This document shows positions 53,001-61,762 of a stretch of 64,000 nt of DNA, one piece after another (position 1 is the stretch's first letter; each line of letters begins with the position of its first letter). The notes under the pieces are model-generated. The model saw only the letters and a list, made by a program, of their open reading frames with translations. It did no database searches and was not told the DNA's origin. The DNA is from Rhodothermales bacterium. GTDB taxonomy: Bacteria; Bacteroidota; Rhodothermia; Rhodothermales; VXPQ01. The stretch covers positions 42,408 through 106,407 of the forward strand of contig JBBDTI010000075.1 in NCBI GenBank assembly GCA_040904565.1. Direction: 5' to 3'. Position numbers and translations under genes: made by a program.

Positions 53001-53522
53001 CTACTGCGCTTGGTCGACCCCGTCCGATCGAGCCGTGCTCGAGCCGAATTTCGTGGCGCTTACCACGAGAACGACGGCCCCGGTCACGATAAGGATATCA
53101 GCAAGGTTGAACACGATGGTACTGAGTCCGCCGACGTGCACGACGACGAAATCCACCACCTGACCGTTGTTCATCATTCGGTCTATCAGATTGCTGGCCC
53201 CGCCTGCCATAATCAGGGTTAAGCCACCGAGGAAGAACGGACCGCGCTCGCGCCGCCGATAGGCGACAAAAGCGATCACCAGCAGGACGGCGACGATACC
53301 GACGCCGAACAGCCAGAATCGTACCACGTGCGACCATTCTCCTCCTATCCCGAATGCAATACCTGAGTTCTCGGTATAGGCAAGGTGAACGACGTCTTCG
53401 ACGAGCGTGATCTGGGCGCCGTAAAGCAAATGGTCGCGGGCGTACTCCTTCGTTATCTGATCGCAGCCGATGCAGGTCAGCGTCATCAGAAAGATCAATA
53501 ACGGCAGCGTAGCTTTTCGCAT
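53001..53522 (-). CDS. lspA: Signal peptidase II
   Basis: DQITK, NSGIAFG, GASNLIDR, VVDF, FNLAD. Confidence 0.92.
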   Translation of the reverse strand: MRKATLPLLIFLMTLTCIGCDQITKEYARDHLLYGAQITLVEDVVHLAYTENSGIAFGIGGEWSHVVRFWLFGVGIVAVLLVIAFVAYRRRERGPFFLGGLTLIMAGGASNLIDRMMNNGQVVDFVVVHVGGLSTIVFNLADILIVTGAVVLVVSATKFGSSTARSDGVDQAQ

Positions 53523-53665
53523 GTTCTCACGTGAATGAACCCATTACTTCCCGCCGGCCTCTTGATGGCGGACGTACGAACGGGACGGCACGACCGGTGC
53601 GACGTCGAATGCCCGGTCCCCGCCTTTGAAGACAATCTAACGCCCGACGGCATCGGAGGATCGCC

Positions 53666-54730
53666 TCACAGGATCGTCCACGCTTTTGAGGCGCGGGTGA
53701 GGTTCTCGCAGCCTGTGTTGCGTACCGCGACGACGTCTTCGATCCGTACACCAAACCGTCCGGGCAGGTAGACGCCCGGCTCGATCGTCACGACGCAGTC
53801 TTCCGGAATCGCGTACTCCGCAGCGTAGGTGACGCGGGGCCATTCATGCACCTGTAGTCCGAGTCCATGACCCAGGCTGTGAACGAACGCGTCACCATAG
53901 CCCGCGTCCCGTATAACATCCCTGGCGAGAGCATCTACCTCACGAGAAGCCATACCGGCCCGAACGCCGTCCAGGGCCCTCTGCTGTGCTTCGATAACCA
54001 GGTCGTACACCGTTCGCGCCTCGGGGTCGGACTCACCCAGGGATACGACGCGCGTCATGTCGGAAGCATAGCCGTCGAGGATGCAGCCGAAGTCCAGCAG
54101 CAATAGATCCCCTCGTTCTATTCGGCGGCCGGTCGGACGAGCGTGCGGCAGCGCGCTGTTGGGACCGCTCGCAACAATAGGATCGAAAGCCATGCGCTCG
54201 GCCCCTCCCTTAAGGTGCCGGCAGACGATTTCCGCCGCGACGGACTTCTCGCTTTGCCCGGGACGAATCCAGCTCAAGAGGCTTTCGTAGACGTCCTCGG
54301 TCAGCCGCTGCGCAGCCCGTATACGATCTATTTCATCCGACGTCTTGACCGCCACGAGGGGCGCCAGAACGTCCGTTCGTCCCTCCCAATCGATATGCGG
54401 AAGACGATCCCTCAGTTTCGCGTGTGCATCCACCGTGAGGTGGTCGGACTGACAGATGACGTGTCGGGCGCCGTCGAGCAGGCCGGCGTCGGCCACGTGC
54501 CCGATCAGATCGTAGCCGGGAGCGTGCACGACAGCCCCTTCCACCTCGTCGGCCGCCTGGGCCCGATATCGGCCATCCGTTATTAAATCTGCGGCGTCCA
54601 CCCGCACGAGGAGCACGCCGTTCGAGCCGGTAAATCCGCAGGCCCACCGGATATCGGGGATGGACGAGATGTACAGCGCGTCGCCCCCAAGTCGTTCACA
54701 GAGGCGCTTGAGCCGTTCTATACGATGCAT
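53666..54730 (-). CDS. Xaa-Pro peptidase (M24, YqhT-like)
   Basis: GFTGS, TDGRY, SGPNSALPH, GYASDMTR, HSLGHGLG..VHE.P, GVRIED. Confidence 0.92.
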   Translation of the reverse strand: MHRIERLKRLCERLGGDALYISSIPDIRWACGFTGSNGVLLVRVDAADLITDGRYRAQAADEVEGAVVHAPGYDLIGHVADAGLLDGARHVICQSDHLTVDAHAKLRDRLPHIDWEGRTDVLAPLVAVKTSDEIDRIRAAQRLTEDVYESLLSWIRPGQSEKSVAAEIVCRHLKGGAERMAFDPIVASGPNSALPHARPTGRRIERGDLLLLDFGCILDGYASDMTRVVSLGESDPEARTVYDLVIEAQQRALDGVRAGMASREVDALARDVIRDAGYGDAFVHSLGHGLGLQVHEWPRVTYAAEYAIPEDCVVTIEPGVYLPGRFGVRIEDVVAVRNTGCENLTRASKAWTIL

Positions 54731-54752
54731 GCGGACTCCGATCGTGCGCGGG

Positions 54753-56243
54753 TCAGGTCCGCGTGCTGTAGTTGGGCGCCTCCTTCGTGATGAAGACGTC
54801 GTGCGGATGGCTTTCTCGCTGTCCGGCCCCGGTCACACGAATGAACTGCGCGGTTTCCTGCAGGTCCTTCAGCGAAGCGGCACCGCAATAGCCCATGGCG
54901 GCACGAAGTCCGCCCGTCATCTGAAACATGACCTCACTGAGCGAACCGCTATACGGCACACGGCCTTCGATACCCTCGGGCACGAGCTTCTTGATGTCGT
55001 CTTCCGCATCCTGGAAGTAGCGATCCTTCGAGCCGGATTCCATGGCGCCGACGGAGCCCATACCACGATACGTCTTATATTTCCGGCCTTCATACAGGAT
55101 GGTCTCGCCCGGACTCTCTTCCACGCGCGCGAAGAGTCCACCTATCATGACGGCATCGGCACCCGCGGCAATCGCTTTCGGAATGTCTCCCGTCTGCTTG
55201 ATACCGCCGTCGGCGATCGCCGGAATGCCGTACGCGTGGGCGACGGAGGCGCAGTCCATGATAGCGGTAAGCTGCGGCATGCCGACGCCCGCGACGACGC
55301 GCGTCGTACAGATGGATCCCGGACCGATACCGATCTTGACGGCGTCGGCGCCTGCTCGGATGATATCTTCCGTTGCGGCGGCCGTACCTACGTTACCGGC
55401 AATGACGTCGATCCGCTCAGACGCCTCCTTCACCCGTTCGATGGTCCGCAGCACGCCCTCCGAATGTCCGTGCGCCGTATCGACGACGATAAAATCGACG
55501 CCGGCTTCCTCCAGCGCAGTGACCCGATCCAGCACGTCGGGCGTGACCCCGACCGCGGCTCCGGTTCGGAGCCTCCCATGCTCGTCTTTGCACGCGTTCG
55601 GATGCTTTCTCTTTTTTTCCAGGTCCTTAAACGTGATGAGCCCTTTAAGGTAACCCTCGTCATCGACAACAGGCAGCTTTTCGATCTTATGCTCCTGAAG
55701 CAGCGCTTCCGCCTCGTCGAGGGTTGTTCCGATGGGGGCTGTGACGAGGTGATCCTTCGTCATCATCGAGCGAAGCTTCTCCCGGCCTTCGTGCGTAAAT
55801 CGGAGGTCACGGTTGGTGACGATACCTACGAGCCGGTCCTCCGCATCAACGACGGGAATACCTCCAATATGAAAGCGAGCCATCAGTGCGCGGGCATCGG
55901 CGACGGTATCCTCGGGATGAAGCGTAATCGGATCGAGGATCATGCCGCTTTCGGATCGCTTGACGCGCCGCACCTCTGCAGCCTGCATCTCGATCGACAT
56001 ATTCTTGTGCAGCACGCCGACGCCCCCCTCCCGGGCGATGGCGATGGCCATGCTCGATTCCGTAACCGTATCCATGGCCGCCGACATGAGCGGAACGTTC
56101 AATGTGATACGCGCCGTCAACTGCGTCACCGTCGATACGTCGCGAGGCATAACGGACGAGCGCTGTGGAACGAGCAGCACGTCGTCGTAGGTCAGTCCGT
56201 CTGCCCGAACACGCTCAAGAACCTTCTCTTCATTAATGATCAT
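54753..56243 (-). CDS. guaB: IMP dehydrogenase
   Basis: LTYDDVLLVP, SAAMDTV, CBS pair, GIGPGSICTTR, YRGMGS, VPEGIEG. Confidence 0.97.
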   Translation of the reverse strand: MIINEEKVLERVRADGLTYDDVLLVPQRSSVMPRDVSTVTQLTARITLNVPLMSAAMDTVTESSMAIAIAREGGVGVLHKNMSIEMQAAEVRRVKRSESGMILDPITLHPEDTVADARALMARFHIGGIPVVDAEDRLVGIVTNRDLRFTHEGREKLRSMMTKDHLVTAPIGTTLDEAEALLQEHKIEKLPVVDDEGYLKGLITFKDLEKKRKHPNACKDEHGRLRTGAAVGVTPDVLDRVTALEEAGVDFIVVDTAHGHSEGVLRTIERVKEASERIDVIAGNVGTAAATEDIIRAGADAVKIGIGPGSICTTRVVAGVGMPQLTAIMDCASVAHAYGIPAIADGGIKQTGDIPKAIAAGADAVMIGGLFARVEESPGETILYEGRKYKTYRGMGSVGAMESGSKDRYFQDAEDDIKKLVPEGIEGRVPYSGSLSEVMFQMTGGLRAAMGYCGAASLKDLQETAQFIRVTGAGQRESHPHDVFITKEAPNYSTRT

Positions 56244-56343
56244 AGCACTTGTCGTTCTTCGGTTTCGTTGCACGCTTAGCCGGAGACGTTCCCGCTTCCC
56301 CGATACAAAAAACCGCCCCGACAAACGTCACGGCGGAGCACGA

Positions 56344-57174
56344 TCAATTTAGATTCACCAGGCGTTTCAGGCGCTTAACCTCGAAGGGTACGAGGCGTCT
56401 CCACTTGCCGGGCCGAACCCCCTCGGTCGTGAGTCCTCCATAGTTCACGCGCTCGAGATGCTCGATGTCGTGCCCCAGCACCTCAAACATGCGACGGATC
56501 TGACGATTTCTGCCTTCGTGGAGACGCAATCCGACCTGATGCCGATCCGGCAGTGCCACGTAGGCGGCCTCGTCCGCGGCGGCGACGCCGTCGTCGAGCT
56601 CGATGCCCGATTTGAGCAGATCGATCTCATGCGGCTTCACCGCTTCACTGGTCCGTACGAGGTAGAGCTTATCCACTTCGAAGCTAGGATGCATCAGTCG
56701 ATGCGCCAGAATGCCGTCGTTCGTTACGAGCAGTACGCCCGTCGTATCACGATCGAGTCGCCCGACAGGAAAAAGGCTCCCCTTCTCTTCGTCGGGAAGG
56801 CGCAGGAGATCCATCACCGTACGCCTGCCGCTGGGATCGTCTTTCGTCGCGATGGTGTCCGTCGGCTTATTCACGAGGATATACATATGGCGCGTCGGCG
56901 AGATCAACGAGCCGTTGGCTTCGACCTCGTCGTCATCGCTCACGTACGTCGAAAATTCGGTTACGACTTTACCATTTACCTTAACGCGTCCGGCCTCAAT
57001 CAGCTTGTCGGCATCCCGGCGTGAGCACACGCCGGCGCGGGCGATGTAGCGATTCAGACGCATGCCTTCCCGGCGCGTCGAGGAGTCGTGCGGATTCCCC
57101 GCTGCACCTCCTTCGGATCCGGGTTGGGGACCGCTCGGAGGAGCATCACTACCTTTGCGACGGGGTTTCGGCAT
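56344..57174 (-). CDS. rluB: rRNA pseudouridine synthase (RluB/RsuA family)
   Basis: S4 domain RLNRYIARAGVCSRR; VGRLDRDTTG; EGRNRQIRRM. Confidence 0.88.
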   Translation of the reverse strand: MPKPRRKGSDAPPSGPQPGSEGGAAGNPHDSSTRREGMRLNRYIARAGVCSRRDADKLIEAGRVKVNGKVVTEFSTYVSDDDEVEANGSLISPTRHMYILVNKPTDTIATKDDPSGRRTVMDLLRLPDEEKGSLFPVGRLDRDTTGVLLVTNDGILAHRLMHPSFEVDKLYLVRTSEAVKPHEIDLLKSGIELDDGVAAADEAAYVALPDRHQVGLRLHEGRNRQIRRMFEVLGHDIEHLERVNYGGLTTEGVRPGKWRRLVPFEVKRLKRLVNLN

Positions 57175-57322
57175 CAGGAAGGAGGAGGTCGGAAATTTAC
57201 ACGGAGAACGCGACGGGGTCGAAGTTGGCTCGGCTCGCCAAAATTGTTGGTGGGATGAACGAATGAGGTGCCGGTGTGTTCTCCTGCCGCCTGGATTTGT
57301 ATTGCCGATGGCAGTTGCCTGC

Positions 57323-57520
57323 CTACCGCTTGTCCATCTCTCTCTTCCGACGAGCGTAGAGGGCCACGATGATGGCGAGGGCGCCTAGGGGGAGGAGTAC
57401 GTCGCTCCCAAGAGACGCCGATGGGTCTGCTGCAATAAACACTTCGTAGGATCCGAGCAGCGTGGCGATGACCGCCAGCGCGATGCCGCCGGCGTAGACG
57501 AATTTGAGATAGCGGGGCAT
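57323..57520 (-). CDS. Small 2-TM membrane protein
   Basis: 65 aa, two hydrophobic helices, basic C-terminal tail; co-oriented inside the scpAB-rluB run. Confidence 0.65.
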   Translation of the reverse strand: MPRYLKFVYAGGIALAVIATLLGSYEVFIAADPSASLGSDVLLPLGALAIIVALYARRKREMDKR

Positions 57521-57541
57521 ATGTTCGTGCTTTCCGGATTG

Positions 57542-58384
57542 TTACGGCTTCATGTCATCCTGTTCGTCGCCTGTGGGCTGGGAATCCGGAGGGTTCCGGG
57601 TCGCGTCTACCGGTTTAACGACCTCGTCCGCGACGGCCTGGCTGTCCGTCGAGCCGGGGGCATCCGATTCGCGGTCGGCCGAGCCCGCTGCATCTGGTTC
57701 ACTGCCGGCCATGTCTGTCGATGATTCCTGGTCCGGATCTTCGGCGGACGTCTCTTCACCCGACCGTCCTTCTTCTTGAAGTTGCAGAAGCTCCGCCCGC
57801 TCGCGATTGAAAGCCGGATCGTCGAGGATGTCTTCGATCTCCCGCAGGTCCGGCAGCTCGTCGACATTCTTCAGTCCGAACTGTTCGAGGAAGAAACTCG
57901 TCGTTCCATAGATCAGCGGGCGCCCCAGCGAATCGCTTCGCCCGACGACGTCGATCAACCCTTTCTCGAGCAGTTTGTTGACCGCATAGCCGGAATCTAC
58001 GCCGCGGACAAAGTCGATCTCCGGCTTCGTGACCGGTTGGCGATAGGCCACGATAGCCAGCGTTTCCATAAGTGAACGTGATAGCCGCTGGTCCTGCTCC
58101 CTGCTAAAGTATAACTTGAGGAAGGGGGCGACACCCGGAACGGTCGCCATCCGGTATCCTTCCGCCCACAACTCGATCCGGAAGACGCGATCTGCCTCCT
58201 CGTAGGTCTCATTGAGCCGCTCGACGGCGTCGGCGACCTGTCGATCGGACGGACGCTCTTCTCCCGTAACGTCTGCATACACGTCAGCGATCTCGCCGGC
58301 CGGTACGGGTGTATCCGCCGCGAACACGAGTGCTTCCGTTGCGCGCTGCAGGCCGCTTTCTAAGTGCTCGTGTATCGATGCCAC
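57542..58384 (-). CDS. scpB: SMC-Scp complex subunit B
   Basis: EALVFA, LSRSLMETLAIVAYRQPVT..EID.VRGVD, GRPLIYGTT..FL..FGL. Confidence 0.95.
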   Translation of the reverse strand: MASIHEHLESGLQRATEALVFAADTPVPAGEIADVYADVTGEERPSDRQVADAVERLNETYEEADRVFRIELWAEGYRMATVPGVAPFLKLYFSREQDQRLSRSLMETLAIVAYRQPVTKPEIDFVRGVDSGYAVNKLLEKGLIDVVGRSDSLGRPLIYGTTSFFLEQFGLKNVDELPDLREIEDILDDPAFNRERAELLQLQEEGRSGEETSAEDPDQESSTDMAGSEPDAAGSADRESDAPGSTDSQAVADEVVKPVDATRNPPDSQPTGDEQDDMKP

Positions 58385-58441
58385 GCTAACTGTAATGCAT
58401 TGCTCGTCATACTGCGATCGTGATTCGTCGTCCGGTCCTCT

Positions 58442-59251
58442 TTAGCCGGCATCGCGGCTCGACCTGGACATTTCGGCGGCACCCCCGTCCTCGTCCGGCT
58501 CCTCCTTTTCCGCACTACCCTCCGAGCCGTCGTCCGCCTCGTCCCGACGGACGAGATAAAAATCGAGCGGCTCATCTTCGGGTACGTAGATGCTCACACG
58601 CTGCTGGCGTGCGAGTTCGAGCACCCCCAGAAACGTGGTAATGATAAACGGTTTCGATCGGCCGCGCATGGTCCGCGCGAAGGAAATCTTTTCGGCCCGA
58701 TCCAGATGATCGAGAATAAATACCTGCTGCTCCTCAATGGTATACTCCTCTCGCGCGACGGCATGCGTCGGTTCTTCCGGAGCCTCCGTGAGGATCTTCT
58801 TCAGTGCCGTAATCAGGTCGAACACGGACGCGTCGTAGGAGACGTCCGTACGGTCTTCCCATGTTTTGCGCTCCGACGCTGCGTGTCCGCGCGTGAACCG
58901 CTCGGCGCGTTCCGCCTCCAGCTCGGTTAGATTGGAAGAGGCTTCCTTAAAGCGAACATATTCCAGCAGACGTTCGACGAGCTCGCGTCTGGGATCGATG
59001 GGTTCTCCGTCTTCGTCGAGCTCCTCCTTTGGCAGCAGCATCCGCGCCTTGATGTTGATCAGGAGCGCGGCCATGTACAGAAAATCGCCGACGCTGTCGA
59101 GATCGATCTGCTCGAGAAGACGAACGTACTCCAGGTACTCATCCGCGATCTGGGCGATCGGAATGTTAAACACGTCCAGCTCGTCTCTCCGGATAAAGAA
59201 GAGAAGCAGATCGAGCGGACCCTCGAAGTCCTGCAGGCTGATTCTATACAT
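58442..59251 (-). CDS. scpA: Segregation and condensation protein A
   Basis: FEGPLDLLL, IKARMLLP, DPRRELVERLLEY, TFLGVLEL. Confidence 0.95.
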   Translation of the reverse strand: MYRISLQDFEGPLDLLLFFIRRDELDVFNIPIAQIADEYLEYVRLLEQIDLDSVGDFLYMAALLINIKARMLLPKEELDEDGEPIDPRRELVERLLEYVRFKEASSNLTELEAERAERFTRGHAASERKTWEDRTDVSYDASVFDLITALKKILTEAPEEPTHAVAREEYTIEEQQVFILDHLDRAEKISFARTMRGRSKPFIITTFLGVLELARQQRVSIYVPEDEPLDFYLVRRDEADDGSEGSAEKEEPDEDGGAAEMSRSSRDAG

Positions 59252-59288
59252 AGGTGATCGACGCCGCGGGCTGGGAAGCCCGACGCCG

Positions 59289-60206
59289 TCAGCGCCTCCT
59301 AAACCATTCCACTGTCTCGTCGAGGCCGCGCTCGAGCGTATAGTCGGGTACCCACCCAAGCGAATTCCTCGCGTGCCCGTAATCAAGGACGCTCCGCCGC
59401 TGTTCACCGGGCCGTCCCTCCTCGTGCACCTCGGTCACGTCCGGGTCGACACGCCGGCGGACCGCCCGAAAGAGCGTATTGACGGACGTTTCCACGCCCG
59501 TCCCGACGTTGAATGTACCTGACGAGGTGTACTCCAGCGCACGCAGGTTCGCGCGCACGACGTCGCCTACGTACACGTAGTCCCGCGTCTGGCTTCCGTC
59601 CCCGTAGATAACCGCCTTACGTCCTTCGAGCATGCGTTCCGTAAAGATCGCCACGACGCCGGCCTCGCCGTGCGGGTTCTGGCGGGGACCGTACACGTTC
59701 GCATAGCGCAGTGCGACGTACTGCATACCGTACTGCTGCTGATAATAATAGAGGTACCGCTCGGTACAGAGTTTCGTGATGCCGTACGGAGAAATCGGAC
59801 GCAGCGGGTGCGCTTCATCCTGCGGCACATAGTCCGGCTCACCGTAGATGGCCCCTCCCGTGGAGGCGAAGATGACTTTCTGCAGCCCATGCTCCTTGCC
59901 GGCCTCCATGATATTCAGAAAGCCCAGAAGGTTCACGTCGGCGTCGTATCGGGGGTCGGCAACGGATCGTCGCACGTCCATTTGGGCGGCATGATGGACG
60001 ATGACGGGAAAGGCCTCCCTCGCGATGAGCCGGGCCGCCGCGTGGGAACGAACGTCCTCTTCGTGAAAGACGGCTTTGGCTGGAACGCTTTCCTTCCGGC
60101 CGCCGGAGAGATCGTCGAGCACGTGCACGTCGTGTCCCGCCGCGAGCAGAGCATCCGCTACGTGCGATCCGATAAATCCGGCGCCGCCGGTCACAAGTAC
60201 TTTCAT
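59289..60206 (-). CDS. NAD-dependent epimerase (UDP-glucose 4-epimerase-like)
   Basis: VTGGAGFIGSH, STGGAIYG, YGITK, RYANVYGPRQ. Confidence 0.92.
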   Translation of the reverse strand: MKVLVTGGAGFIGSHVADALLAAGHDVHVLDDLSGGRKESVPAKAVFHEEDVRSHAAARLIAREAFPVIVHHAAQMDVRRSVADPRYDADVNLLGFLNIMEAGKEHGLQKVIFASTGGAIYGEPDYVPQDEAHPLRPISPYGITKLCTERYLYYYQQQYGMQYVALRYANVYGPRQNPHGEAGVVAIFTERMLEGRKAVIYGDGSQTRDYVYVGDVVRANLRALEYTSSGTFNVGTGVETSVNTLFRAVRRRVDPDVTEVHEEGRPGEQRRSVLDYGHARNSLGWVPDYTLERGLDETVEWFRRR

Positions 60207-60370
60207 AAACGGATTGACGGAGTTGCGCACTTCAGAGTCACGGCCACGATGTTACGGCCGTGAGGCACGGCCGTAACGTACGGAATTCAGACGGACGCGG
60301 CACGTGTTGGAATACCGGGCGGGATACCAGGCGCACGTACGATATCGCCGCCGCGCATCCCTGTTGTCCG

Positions 60371-61627
60371 CTACGCCGTGGGCAGCAGGATAACGGACGA
60401 GAAGCGGCCCTCCTCAAACATCTTCTCAGCAACCCGCTGCACGTCGTCGGCCGAAACGGCTTCCACGTCGGCGTTTATCTCGTCCAGTGAAATATACCGC
60501 TCGAAGTATAGCTCCTGCCGTCCGATCCGCATCATCCGGTTGCTCATGCTTTCGAGTCCCAGCATGACCGATCCGCGGACCTGGTTCTTAGCTTGATTCA
60601 TCATCCGGCTGCTGACGGGTACATCCACAAGTTTCTGGAGCTCCCTCATGATCAGCTGCATAGCGCGGTCGACCTTCTGGACATCTGTTCCGATATAGAC
60701 ACCGAAATCTCCCGAATCCGAATGCATGTTCATGAAGGAGTATACGTTATAGCAGAATCCGTACTTCTCGCGGATGTTCTGATTGAGTCGGCTCGACATC
60801 CCACCTCCCAGGATGGTATTGAGCACTGTGAGGGCCACGCGATCCTCGTCGTGTACGTCGAGTCCGCGCGTCCCGAGCGCCGCGTGGGCCTGCTGAATGG
60901 GGCGGTACTCCTCCACGCTTCTCGCGCTGTACCCGTTTAGTGGCGTACGGATCGGAGCTCTCGTGGCGCGGGACAGTTCCGCGAGCGACGTCCGCGCGAA
61001 TCGAACGACTTGATCGTGATCGACGTTGCCTGCGGCCGCGAGTACGATCCGGTCCGGCGCGTAGGTGCGGTCGACGTACGAGCGCAGCTGCTCTCTGTCG
61101 AGTGACATCACCGTCTCGGGATATCCGATAACGGGGCGACCCAGTTCGTGGTCCTCGTATACGACGGATTCGAACCGGTCGAAGATGAGGTCCTCCGGAC
61201 TGTCCTCATACATCTTCATTTCTTCCAGCACGACATCTTTCTCTTTGGAAATCTCCTTTTCGGGGAAATTCGGTGAGAGAACGAGGTCGCACAGCGTATC
61301 CACGGCACGTTCGAGGTGCTCGTCGAGAGCCCGGGCGAAGTAGCAGGTGTATTCCTTGCTCGTAAAGGCATTGAGATAGCCGCCAACCGCCTCCATCCGT
61401 TGGGCGATGTGGTGCATTCGGCGCTTCTTGGTGCCCTTGAACACCATGTGTTCTATAAAATGGCTGATGCCCGCTTGATGAACCTCCTCATCGCGGCTCC
61501 CCGCCAAGATCCAGATCCCTACTGAAACGGAGCGCACGGATGGAATGCGTTCGGAGATTACCCGCACGCCGTTATCCAGCGTCGTCTTCGCGAAACTCGC
61601 CGGGCTGTCGTTCTGTGTATGATTCAT
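60371..61627 (-). CDS. M16 family zinc peptidase
   Basis: HFIEH (HxxEH), LNAFTSKE, LGGGMSSRL; downstream of pnp as is common. Confidence 0.92.
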   Translation of the reverse strand: MNHTQNDSPASFAKTTLDNGVRVISERIPSVRSVSVGIWILAGSRDEEVHQAGISHFIEHMVFKGTKKRRMHHIAQRMEAVGGYLNAFTSKEYTCYFARALDEHLERAVDTLCDLVLSPNFPEKEISKEKDVVLEEMKMYEDSPEDLIFDRFESVVYEDHELGRPVIGYPETVMSLDREQLRSYVDRTYAPDRIVLAAAGNVDHDQVVRFARTSLAELSRATRAPIRTPLNGYSARSVEEYRPIQQAHAALGTRGLDVHDEDRVALTVLNTILGGGMSSRLNQNIREKYGFCYNVYSFMNMHSDSGDFGVYIGTDVQKVDRAMQLIMRELQKLVDVPVSSRMMNQAKNQVRGSVMLGLESMSNRMMRIGRQELYFERYISLDEINADVEAVSADDVQRVAEKMFEEGRFSSVILLPTA

Positions 61628-61762
61628 GGGCTTTCGGTGGGTACAAATAGAAAACGGAGGACGGCGAACGGCGAGACGTGAACGGTGCGGCGCGTACGAC
61701 GCCCGTCCACGTTTCCCTGTCCGCCACCCTCCGCGAACTACATCAGGCACTGCGGCGACGGC

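Noticed and set aside
54660-56279. Long antisense ORFs (539 aa here; also 27448-28884, 41720-43159, 61685-62881)
   Set aside because: Shadow frames of conserved genes, typical of GC-rich DNA; no recognisable motifs
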